DNA from: a virus
Lineage: Duplodnaviria > Caudoviricetes
Strand: one strand, 5' to 3'
Virus record (IMG/VR): IMGVR_UViG_3300046804_002082
Coordinates: 1-57,200 of that record
Length of the DNA: 57,200 nt
Positions 38,830 through 46,150 of the stretch are shown in pieces. The position numbers and the translations under genes are program-made. The notes beneath the pieces were generated by a model, which saw only the letters and a list, made by a program, of their open reading frames with translations, made no database searches and had not been told where the DNA came from. Numbering within the stretch: the first letter of the stretch is position 1; each line of letters opens with the position of its first letter.

Positions 38830-38978
38830 TGTAATTGCATTAAAAGGATTTCGATATTATTAATAAGGTTTTCTTCTTCGGAAAAATCTTCCGCTACATA
38901 CTTTCTATCTTCTAAAAGAGTTCTCAACTCTTCTAGGTTCTCGCGAATTACATCGACGATTGCATCTTGTTTAGGCAT
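38826..38978 (-). CDS. 50-aa early protein
   Basis: Hand-translated MPKQDAIVDVIRENLEEL...MQLQ*, overlap-coupled on both sides. Confidence 0.55.
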   Translation of the reverse strand: MPKQDAIVDVIRENLEELRTLLEDRKYVAEDFSEEENLINNIEILLMQLQ

Positions 38979-39495
38979 CTTGTTGTTCTTTAATTAGTGC
39001 TTTTAGGAATGAGGAAACACTGCACGTAAAATGAGTCGATTCAATTAATGATTCGATTGAATCGTACGTAAATGAAGAATGCAGACCCATCTCATATTTA
39101 ATATTATGTTTGCATTCATAATTATATTCACCTACTCTCTTATTTGAATAATCTATAAATCCGTGCATCTTAATCATCTCTTCGCCTCTTATTCTATAAG
39201 ACAATGAATGACCATAATATCGTCCCGTCTCTTGCCACACGGGTTCTAATTCAAAACCTAACTCGTCGAAATAATCAGATAGCTTTTGCAAGTTACTTTC
39301 TATTTCTAGGCGTAACATTTTTACCCTAGCTTTTGCAACTTTATTCTGCTCATCACAAAAAGATTTGTCGGATTGCAACTCTTCTAGAATAGGTACTAGT
39401 GGGTTGCTTGATGATACCTTCGTAGTATTCATCTGCTTAAACTCTTCGATTAAAGAGTCAACAATTTTAGATTGGTTTGGGGTTAAATTTTTCAT
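38971..39495 (-). CDS. Early hypothetical protein
   Basis: ATG 12 nt after a class B hairpin. Confidence 0.7.
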   Translation of the reverse strand: MKNLTPNQSKIVDSLIEEFKQMNTTKVSSSNPLVPILEELQSDKSFCDEQNKVAKARVKMLRLEIESNLQKLSDYFDELGFELEPVWQETGRYYGHSLSYRIRGEEMIKMHGFIDYSNKRVGEYNYECKHNIKYEMGLHSSFTYDSIESLIESTHFTCSVSSFLKALIKEQQDA

Positions 39496-39538
39496 TTGGT
39501 TTGGTTAACGATTGCCTATACATCGTGAGGTTATTGGG

Positions 39539-39754
39539 TTAAACTTCTTCGCTATTTGTTAGAAACATAATTGATGTAAGCGTGGTATTATCATCTTCAT
39601 CGTATAGGTCTTCTTCTACCTCATACACAATCTCTTCATCTGAATCCCTATCGTATCTATAATAGATATGCACATTGCTTAAATCAAATTCCTTTTGAGT
39701 TTCCAGTAGGAATTCTAATAACTTTTTTGCAGTCAAAGGTTTTTTGTTTTTCAT
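39539..39754 (-). CDS. Early acidic protein
   Basis: Start reassigned to MKNKK, 7 nt after the hairpin. Confidence 0.7.
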   Translation of the reverse strand: MKNKKPLTAKKLLEFLLETQKEFDLSNVHIYYRYDRDSDEEIVYEVEEDLYDEDDNTTLTSIMFLTNSEEV

Positions 39755-39794
39755 AATACTGACGATTGACCTATACATCGTGAGGTTAAAGTGA

Positions 39795-39992
39795 TTAAAT
39801 AGTAAATTGCATAAAGTAGTTTATCATACAATCGTAAAGGCTCTCATATCCGTCATTAGAAGGCGACGCCAAGAAATCCTCATACAATGTAATTATCTCG
39901 CCGAAAGCTAAATCATATTCTAGTTCGACATCAATACGCTCATAGGCATAAGCCAACTGCGTGAACAAAAAGAAATCATAATCGTATTTCAT
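39795..39992 (-). CDS. Early acidic protein
   Basis: Start reassigned to MKYDY, 7 nt after the hairpin. Confidence 0.7.
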   Translation of the reverse strand: MKYDYDFFLFTQLAYAYERIDVELEYDLAFGEIITLYEDFLASPSNDGYESLYDCMINYFMQFTI

Positions 39993-40031
39993 AATACTGA
40001 CGATTGTCCTATACATCGTGAGGTTAAAGGT

Positions 40032-40181
40032 TTAATTAGTTAAATCGTAATAGCTGTCAGCATAAAAATTAGCTACGTTTATTAGCTTATCTACTAACTG
40101 CGGAACATCTAGTTCTTCTACTTTAATTGCATCGTCATCGTCTAAAAGATTTTTCAATGCTTCAATAAGTTGCTCTCTCAT
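40032..40181 (-). CDS. Early small protein
   Basis: Start reassigned to MREQL, 10 nt after the hairpin. Confidence 0.65.
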   Translation of the reverse strand: MREQLIEALKNLLDDDDAIKVEELDVPQLVDKLINVANFYADSYYDLTN

Positions 40182-40229
40182 TGTTTTATTAGCGATTGTC
40201 CTATACATCGTGAGGTTTTTAGTGATACC

Positions 40230-40237
40230 CAAATATA
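40230..40237 (-). promoter_or_regulatory. Bacteroidota sigma-A -7 element
   Basis: TATATTTG on the - strand at the boundary between class A and class B repeats. Confidence 0.65.
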
Positions 40238-40249
40238 GGGCGGTAAAAA

Positions 40250-40537
40250 TTATTCTGCTGAAATAGTAGACGAATCCGCTGATTGTGTAGACGAAATATC
40301 TTGGCTTGCTGAATTGTTGCTAGTGATATTATTTCGTCGTGCATAAGCCTTTGCCCAACCTAGTTGCGCTATTGTTAATTGCTCGTTAAACGTAGCGTAC
40401 TTTGCCATTTTGATAATCTTATTGTGTTCGGTATCGGCTTGGTACACATAGTTCTTTTGAGCGCATTCATAGACCGCTTTCATTAGGGCTTCGTTCTCTT
40501 TATAAATACGTGTTGATTCTTTATTAAATGTAGGCAT
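40250..40537 (-). CDS. Early hypothetical protein
   Basis: ATG 8 nt after a class A hairpin. Confidence 0.7.
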   Translation of the reverse strand: MPTFNKESTRIYKENEALMKAVYECAQKNYVYQADTEHNKIIKMAKYATFNEQLTIAQLGWAKAYARRNNITSNNSASQDISSTQSADSSTISAE

Positions 40538-40577
40538 ATTGTTAGGCGGTTTCCTTTACACCGCAAGGTTAAGGTTA

Positions 40578-40781
40578 TTAGTCGTTGTTAATCTGATTTT
40601 GTAATTTTTCTATCCAATGATTGGGTAGTTCTACGCAACTGATTACTATCTCATTTGCATAGCAATCAGCAATAGCCTCATCTTTACTGCCAAATATAAT
40701 AATGTCTCCCATTCCGTCTTGCAATGGATTGTCGTTTGCTTTATCATAAACAACAAAGTCGTATTCAGATAATTTTTTCAT
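40578..40781 (-). CDS. Early hypothetical protein
   Basis: ATG 8 nt after the hairpin. Confidence 0.7.
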   Translation of the reverse strand: MKKLSEYDFVVYDKANDNPLQDGMGDIIIFGSKDEAIADCYANEIVISCVELPNHWIEKLQNQINND

Positions 40782-40821
40782 AATCTTATGCGGTTGCCTC
40801 TACACCGCAAGGTTAAAATGA

Positions 40822-41247
40822 TTAGTAATTGTAAAGGTCTTCCCACCCGTCTACTGCTTTCGGTACGCTAGGCATCTCTCTTCTGTCCTCGTCGTAGTTG
40901 ATTATTAACTGCACTACCTCTTGGGTATTTGTTAGTCCCAATTTGTAATACTTATGAAATTCGTCAGCATCCATATTAGCAAAGTCAGAATGAGCGAATG
41001 AATGCAAATGATAGTAGTTCCACGTGCCGTCACAATCTCCGTCACAACCCGTATGCAAGAAGCCGTAAGTTGTTGACCCGTCTCTTATTATCTTGACAAA
41101 GTAATGAATACCTTCGCCACCCGTAATAATCGTATCAGTGAACTGAATGAGTTCCCCCCTTAATGATACGGGAACAAACAAATCTCTTTGATAATCGTGA
41201 ATATTCCAATTAACAAATTCTCCTAATCTCATTGCAAGATTTTTCAT
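40822..41247 (-). CDS. Early hypothetical protein
   Basis: Start reassigned to MKNLA, 10 nt after the hairpin. Confidence 0.7.
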   Translation of the reverse strand: MKNLAMRLGEFVNWNIHDYQRDLFVPVSLRGELIQFTDTIITGGEGIHYFVKIIRDGSTTYGFLHTGCDGDCDGTWNYYHLHSFAHSDFANMDADEFHKYYKLGLTNTQEVVQLIINYDEDRREMPSVPKAVDGWEDLYNY

Positions 41248-41298
41248 AATAGTAATAGCGGTTGACCTATCCACCGCAAGGCTAAAATGATTAGTGTT

Positions 41299-41841
41299 TT
41301 ATTTTCTACTAGCAATTGTTCGCCAATATGAGTGACCTTTCTTTGTGTTCTCCCAACTAAACGCTCCCGCAACAAACGGGTAAAGACTATCCTCTTTATT
41401 GCGCTCAATATAGTCGTTTGTATAGCCAACCCTATCCGCATTTAATTCGTCAACGAACTCAACCCACTCGTCATAGCTTAACAATTCTAGCACATCCTTT
41501 TGCAAGCAAGCTACCTCAATAGGGTATTTGGCACGCTCTATTTGTACTATATCGTTGTCTAATGAGCCGACCTCATTTAAGAAAGTTGCCTCTATTTTGA
41601 AGCCCTCAAACGTACCCTTAATATCAAGGTATTTGTCAGTCTCGCAACCGCCGTCACGACTTGTAAGGGTTAACGTATCGCTCATTAATAGCTTAGTAAA
41701 CATATCAATTCCGTTACCCTTTTTTAGGTAGAAAAACAAGTCAAGTTCTCCGCTAGACTTGACACTCAAATTGATTACGCTAGCCTCGTTTGGCTTCATC
41801 AATTCCACAAACTTTGTAAGGTTTTTTGTTGCTTGCAACAT
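41299..41841 (-). CDS. Early protein with C-terminal AF.W..T..G..YW motif
   Basis: Start reassigned to MLQAT, 11 nt after the hairpin. Confidence 0.7.
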   Translation of the reverse strand: MLQATKNLTKFVELMKPNEASVINLSVKSSGELDLFFYLKKGNGIDMFTKLLMSDTLTLTSRDGGCETDKYLDIKGTFEGFKIEATFLNEVGSLDNDIVQIERAKYPIEVACLQKDVLELLSYDEWVEFVDELNADRVGYTNDYIERNKEDSLYPFVAGAFSWENTKKGHSYWRTIASRK

Positions 41842-41883
41842 AAGATTAATATGCGGTTGACCTATACACCGCAAGGTTCTAGA

Positions 41884-42177
41884 TTAAAAATGAAAATCAA
41901 AATCAACTTCTTTGCCCTCTACTATATCTTCCTCTTTCCATACGTTTACCTTAAAGTCAACGCCCTTGTCCACTAGCCAAATCATAAGGCTTTTCTCTTC
42001 CATAGTCAACCTTTCTATTGACATAGTTTGTTCGGTAGAAAAATCCCTATTATTTGTGTACTCATAAAATCCAGTGTAGATTGTTTCACATTTCTCTTGA
42101 ATCCAATCTGCTTTAATCTTAAAGGTTTTCTCTCGGTACTCTCCTTTAAAAACGTAAGTGTATGATGTAATAATCAT
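41884..42177 (-). CDS. Early hypothetical protein
   Basis: Start reassigned to MIITS, 10 nt after a class C hairpin. Confidence 0.7.
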   Translation of the reverse strand: MIITSYTYVFKGEYREKTFKIKADWIQEKCETIYTGFYEYTNNRDFSTEQTMSIERLTMEEKSLMIWLVDKGVDFKVNVWKEEDIVEGKEVDFDFHF

Positions 42178-42187
42178 AAGGGTAAAA

Positions 42188-42212
42188 TTCGGTTTAGCGA
42201 CCACCGAAAAGC
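42188..42212 (-). repeat. Class C start-associated hairpin, copy 1
   Basis: + strand TTCGGT-TTAGCGACC-ACCGAA-AAGC, nearly identical to 45038-45063. Confidence 0.85.
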
Positions 42213-42236
42213 GTAGGTTTATATAATAATTAAACT

Positions 42237-42491
42237 TTAATCTGCTAGCGCCCAAAGTTCATAGACGTCGTCGTAGGTTAATCCGTACATCTCCGCAAGG
42301 CGTTCAAACAATCGCTCTCGCACTAAGCTATCCGTGACCTCTATATAGTCATAGACCTCTTTCTTTAAGCATAGCGTCCCGTAAAGACCTAGAAACGTAG
42401 CCGTCTCATTTAACTCCGCACCTAACTCGTCGGTCGGGAATGTCTTTGTGTAATACTCTTTGATATTATCCGTCATCAAAAATGTTAACAT
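42237..42491 (-). CDS. Early hypothetical protein
   Basis: PTDELG...DS.VRER.F..L motif. ATG 10 nt after the hairpin. Confidence 0.75.
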   Translation of the reverse strand: MLTFLMTDNIKEYYTKTFPTDELGAELNETATFLGLYGTLCLKKEVYDYIEVTDSLVRERLFERLAEMYGLTYDDVYELWALAD

Positions 42492-42533
42492 AGTTTTAGT
42501 GGCGGTTGCCTATACACCGCAAGGTTAAAGTGA

Positions 42534-42746
42534 TTAATATAATGTTATACTTTTAAGGTCTTTCTCGTTGATTATCGTGGTCACGATTGTGCATTTATGA
42601 CCATAAATCTTTTTGCGCTCTACCATAGCCTTTATAAAGTCTAGGTTTGCCGAATAGGTAGGCTTCCACCCTTCGATTCCGTTCCACGTATCATCACGTA
42701 GGTCTAGTTGAAAACCACGTTGGTTTACGATATGATATACTTTCAT
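42534..42746 (-). CDS. Early hypothetical protein
   Basis: ATG 10 nt after the hairpin. Confidence 0.7.
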   Translation of the reverse strand: MKVYHIVNQRGFQLDLRDDTWNGIEGWKPTYSANLDFIKAMVERKKIYGHKCTIVTTIINEKDLKSITLY

Positions 42747-42787
42747 AATACTAGTGGCGGTTGCCTATACACCGCAAGGTTAAAAGG

Positions 42788-43051
42788 TTAATTTAAAATT
42801 AATTTTACGTGATATGTATCTACGTCGCCGTATTCATCTAGGACATATTTCTGCCCCTTTACTAATAGCTTTTCGTCTATCGGTTTATTTTGCATTGATT
42901 CTAGCATATCATTTTGTGTTATACTAAACTCACGAAAATTCAATAAATTAGAATAAGCCATAGCTATAAAGTCCCCTCGCTCATTAAGATACCAATCCAA
43001 GAATTTTTCGCGGTCAATGAGCAATGTGTCTGTTAATTCATAAGTTCTCAT
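42788..43051 (-). CDS. Early hypothetical protein
   Basis: Start reassigned to MRTYE, 7 nt after the hairpin. Confidence 0.7.
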   Translation of the reverse strand: MRTYELTDTLLIDREKFLDWYLNERGDFIAMAYSNLLNFREFSITQNDMLESMQNKPIDEKLLVKGQKYVLDEYGDVDTYHVKLILN

Positions 43052-43106
43052 AATAATAGCGGTTGACCTACACACCGCAAGGTTTTAAGATTGTTGCTAG
43101 TGAAAA

Positions 43107-44069
43107 TTATTTGGCGGTCTCTAATATTAAAGCTACCGCCTCTTGTGACTTTTTGCTTGACTGCATAATCAAGTTCTTGTCGTCGTTGATTGCCTTAATC
43201 CACCCGTTAATATAGGCTTGACTATTTTTAAAGTCGTCAACCTTGCAATCAATTCCCGTGATAGCTTCTAGATAAAGCGCACCCAACTCCGCTACTAATT
43301 CCTCCTTTGAGTAATTCTCGCTACCGAAATTTGCCGTCGTGTCTAGTCGGTTAAGGCGTGACTTGTGTCCCGTGCTATGGATAGCCTCGTGAAAGAATAC
43401 CTTGTAATAATCCCCGCTTGACTGCCACTGCTTGTCCGTCTTTTCGGGCATTTGAATATAGTCCCCGCTAGGGCTATAAAACGCTTGTCCTTGCTTGCTA
43501 TGTTTAAGCGTGACTACACTAGACCACCCTTTTAATATAGCCTCCGCGCTAGCTACCGCCTCCAATTCGGTTGCCTCTTCTTCTACTAGATTGGGCGTGT
43601 CGTGAGGTAGGTTCGTTTGACTGATTGACCATACTTTCCACTGCTTCAAGTAGAAAGATTTGCGGGCTATTTTCTTGTCCGCTTCGGGTACTTTTGCTAG
43701 GGTAGGATAGTAGGTAGTTTTCCCGTCCTTGTCCACTGCATAGCTGATTTGCCACATAAAGATATCCGTCCCCTTTTCCCCCTTATTAATTAAGCCCTCA
43801 CATTTTTGGATATGGGCAAACGTGTACCACTTGTTGACCCAATTGTTTTCTAAGGCTATTGCCGAAAGAATAAATTGATTCCAACCTTTGTACGGGCGTC
43901 CATAAGCGGACAACGCTTGAAAGCTACCCGTCACGCCGTCCTTGAAAGGCTTAAACCACTGCAATCCCTTGTCTTTGAGACCCGCTATAACCTTGTCGTT
44001 AATTGAGTCAATGATTTGCGCTTGTGTTAATTTTGGTGCGCTTGCAAATGTTTTTTTAGCTACTGCCAT
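43107..44069 (-). CDS. ardC: ArdC-family antirestriction protein (ssDNA-binding domain plus zincin-like metallopeptidase domain)
   Basis: W.KPF, RPYKGWN, WYTF, KGEKG, AFYSP..D.I.MP, HEAIHSTGH..RLNR, YSKEELVAELGA, AYI.GW. Start MAVAK 11 nt after the hairpin. Confidence 0.92.
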   Translation of the reverse strand: MAVAKKTFASAPKLTQAQIIDSINDKVIAGLKDKGLQWFKPFKDGVTGSFQALSAYGRPYKGWNQFILSAIALENNWVNKWYTFAHIQKCEGLINKGEKGTDIFMWQISYAVDKDGKTTYYPTLAKVPEADKKIARKSFYLKQWKVWSISQTNLPHDTPNLVEEEATELEAVASAEAILKGWSSVVTLKHSKQGQAFYSPSGDYIQMPEKTDKQWQSSGDYYKVFFHEAIHSTGHKSRLNRLDTTANFGSENYSKEELVAELGALYLEAITGIDCKVDDFKNSQAYINGWIKAINDDKNLIMQSSKKSQEAVALILETAK

Positions 44070-44111
44070 AAGATTAATAAGCGGTTGACCTACCACCGCA
44101 AGGCTTAAAGA

Positions 44112-44405
44112 TTATTTGATTGTTTTTAATTCTACCGCGTTGGGCAACGTAGAAAGATATTCAACGTAGCCAACCTCATTTTCCGTAACGAAAGCCCAAT
44201 CGTCATTAATAAATGTTTCTAAGGCGCGACCCATAAAAAATGAAGGCTCGAAATCGTCAAGCGTGTAGGGTGATTTCGCTTCACCCGTCATAGATATATA
44301 ATAATTATTAAGCGCGTCAAGCATTTGCTCCTTGTTGTCAAAGCTAAAATGTAAAGGATGTCCGTCCCCTTTCATTCCTAAAATGTTAAAAATTGCGTAG
44401 TACAT
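44112..44405 (-). CDS. Early hypothetical protein
   Basis: ATG 7 nt after the hairpin. Confidence 0.7.
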   Translation of the reverse strand: MYYAIFNILGMKGDGHPLHFSFDNKEQMLDALNNYYISMTGEAKSPYTLDDFEPSFFMGRALETFINDDWAFVTENEVGYVEYLSTLPNAVELKTIK

Positions 44406-44443
44406 AACAAAGGCGGTTGACCAATTACCGCAAGGCTTTAAGA

Positions 44444-44521
44444 TTAAGATAATAAACTAGCAACGATAAGGGCTAGGGCAACCCGTGCCACTAGACCCAA
44501 CTGAAATTTTAAGTCCTCCAT
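44444..44521 (-). CDS. 25-aa hydrophobic peptide
   Basis: Hand-translated MEDLKFQLGLVARVALALIVASLLS*, fills the gap before the next hairpin. Confidence 0.5.
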   Translation of the reverse strand: MEDLKFQLGLVARVALALIVASLLS

Positions 44522-44522
44522 A

Positions 44523-44702
44523 TTACTTACCCTCCTCCACTGAAATACAACCACCTGCCGAAAAGATAGACCCAAACACTAAGAAAGCGAAGCGACCGCC
44601 TACGGGCGCATCTGCTACCCAAGCCAAGTCCCACGCCACAAAGGCGATAAGAAAGTAAAACACTACAAAAATCAAAGCGATAACTTTTACATAGATATTC
44701 AT
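44523..44702 (-). CDS. Early two-TM membrane protein
   Basis: Start MNIYV 8 nt after the hairpin. Two hydrophobic helices. Confidence 0.65.
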   Translation of the reverse strand: MNIYVKVIALIFVVFYFLIAFVAWDLAWVADAPVGGRFAFLVFGSIFSAGGCISVEEGK

Positions 44703-44741
44703 AATAATTCGCGGTTGACCTATCCACCGCAAGGCTAATGA

Positions 44742-45029
44742 TTATAATAATTCAGTTAATTTGTGCATATCAATTTCGCATTGAACGAATTCGTAAAGCG
44801 ACTGATAAGCTAGTTCGGTTATATTTGTGCAACCCCCGAAATCCGTTACTCCTAATGCCATAACAATAGCGAAGCAATCAGAATAATAGATACAAGCCGT
44901 GTCAATTTCTTGACTGATATAGTCTTGAATTTCGTCGTAATCAGTCATAAGATTAGTCTTTGACCCAATCAAGTCAATAATTTCTTTTTCTAGTGTTTCC
45001 ACAAAAAGAAAGGGATTAAATTTTTCCAT
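44742..45029 (-). CDS. First early gene, acidic protein
   Basis: Start MEKFN 8 nt after a class C hairpin. EID..CIYY.D...LAY..L motif. Confidence 0.7.
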   Translation of the reverse strand: MEKFNPFLFVETLEKEIIDLIGSKTNLMTDYDEIQDYISQEIDTACIYYSDCFAIVMALGVTDFGGCTNITELAYQSLYEFVQCEIDMHKLTELL

Positions 45030-45037
45030 AGGAAAAG

Positions 45038-45063
45038 TTCGGTTAAAGCGACAACCGAAAAGC
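45038..45063 (-). repeat. Class C start-associated hairpin, copy 2
   Basis: + strand TTCGGTT-AAAGCGAC-AACCGAA-AAGC. Confidence 0.85.
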
Positions 45064-45077
45064 AAAGTTGAAAAAAT

Positions 45078-45093
45078 TGTTTCACGTGGAACA
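45078..45093. promoter_or_regulatory. parS: parS (ParB/Spo0J-binding) site
   Basis: TGTTTCACGTGGAACA, a 15/16 match to the bacterial chromosomal parS palindrome TGTTTCACGTGAAACA. Confidence 0.85.
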
Positions 45094-45103
45094 TACCACG
45101 TTG

Positions 45104-45171
45104 CGACTAGATAGGGAAACGAACCCTACACTCACGGGACTAAGCCTAAGTGAGGCGACCAACGTCTAGCC
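45104..45171 (-). ncRNA. tRNA-like RNA lacking a canonical D-arm
   Basis: GGCTAGA/TCTAGTC 7-bp acceptor-like stem, TAGGG-TTCGTTT-CCCTA T-arm and CTCAC/GTGAG middle arm. Confidence 0.6.
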
Positions 45172-45546
45172 GTTAAGCGTAAACTATCACTAGCGGTAGC
45201 GGTTCAAAAGGGCTAAACCCAATTTATGTACATCCGTTTCATTGCACCCGTTGACCCTACGGGGGTGGGAATTTGATAACTCTGTTTTTTCAGAAAAGCC
45301 GATAAGTCAAAGAACTATTTAAGCATACTTTCGTCCGTTCGGTCGGGGCTATTGACAAACCGCGTTTAGCGCGGTACAAGTACTTATGTTTAACGTCTAG
45401 CCCTCCCCTAGTGAGCCTATCCTTTGCACCACTATTGCAGTGGCTTCGCATCTCCCCCTAATGAGCCAATTCGGGCGTTCGGGGTATATAGCACGCGCCT
45501 CGTTCGGCGGGCTTGTCTCGTGAGCCGTTGCTCCCGTTTGACATTA

Positions 45547-45554
45547 CAAACCTA
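45547..45554 (-). promoter_or_regulatory. Probable major early promoter (-7 element)
   Basis: TAGGTTTG on the - strand, with TTGACA about 17 nt upstream, at the edge of the GC-rich leader. Confidence 0.6.
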
Positions 45555-45677
45555 CACAATTTTATATACCCTTGTCAAGTTTTCTTTGAAAAATGCAATG
45601 AATTAGTTCAAATTAGTTGAAAGTTCTTTAAATAATACAATTAGCATAGTAATAACCCTTTCGCCCTATACTGAATT

Positions 45678-45765
45678 CGCGCTACACGCACGATACGCGA
45701 CACGCACGCTACGCGCAACACGCGACACGTACACGCATCACACGCGCGACGCACACGCGCTACAC
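45678..45765. repeat. ACGC/ACAC-rich low-complexity degenerate repeat tract
   Basis: cgcgctacacgcacgatacgcgacacgcacgctacgcgcaacacgcgacacg..., mostly alternating purine-pyrimidine, in the divergent intergenic region. Confidence 0.8.
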
Positions 45766-46061
45766 TATGAGCAATTTTAGACCCCCGATTTTGCGTCTAA
45801 TGAACTTTCTTTACTAGGGCGGATAGATTGGACATTTTAGGGGGTAAAGTCGCTTAAATCAAAGATATGACCCCTTAAATCGAATGCTTTGTTTTGTACA
45901 ATTTTTGTCTAGGAAAAATCCTATATGAATTGTAGGGTCGTTGGGGGGTTGATTTTTGGGGGTTATTGTTGGGCGGGTAGACCCTCTTGCCGACCTATAC
46001 GCCTAGCAATTTATTTTTCTATCCTGACTTGTGGGGGTTGTTGTTTCTTGACGGGGTCAAT

Positions 46062-46150
46062 CAGGATAACTCAGGACAGAATTGTTAGGAGGGTATTGTA
46101 TAGGGGTTATTCGTCGGTAATATATTGCCGAACAGGATAACTCAGGACAG
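46062..46150 (+). repeat. 18-bp direct repeat pair
   Basis: CAGGATAACTCAGGACAG at 46062-46079 and 46133-46150. Confidence 0.85.

Larger units (their letters stand above)
38551..40217 (-). repeat. Class B start-associated hairpin repeats, 5 copies
   Basis: + strand ACGATTG(N)CCTATACATCGTGAGGTT starting at 38551, 39508, 39762, 40000 and 40192 (the last begins GCGAT). Confidence 0.95.
40546..44736 (-). repeat. Class A start-associated hairpin repeats, 10 copies
   Basis: + strand GCGGTTG(A)CCTATACACCGCAAGG(T/C)T starting at 40546, 40790, 41258, 41853, 42502, 42757, 43059, 44081, 44413 and 44711. Confidence 0.95.

Noticed and set aside
38551-45063. Repeat array as a CRISPR array
   Set aside because: The intervals are about 190-1000 bp of variable length and contain intact ORFs. 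No cas operon is present.
38551-45063. Repeats as integron attC sites or intrinsic terminators
   Set aside because: They are too short, lack paired RYYYAAC/GTTRRRY ends, and no integrase is seen. No U-tract follows the stems.
39539-45065. ORF-track starts such as MYRSIVSI, MYRTIVSI, MDRSTAI, MRCIGQP, MVGQP and MRWIGQP
   Set aside because: These N-termini are translations of the repeat itself. The ATG 7-12 nt downstream of each hairpin is the consistent start.
45424-46140. ORFs 45424-45606 and 45925-46140
   Set aside because: Atypical composition, no leader signal, and overlap with promoter, structured and repeat sequence.
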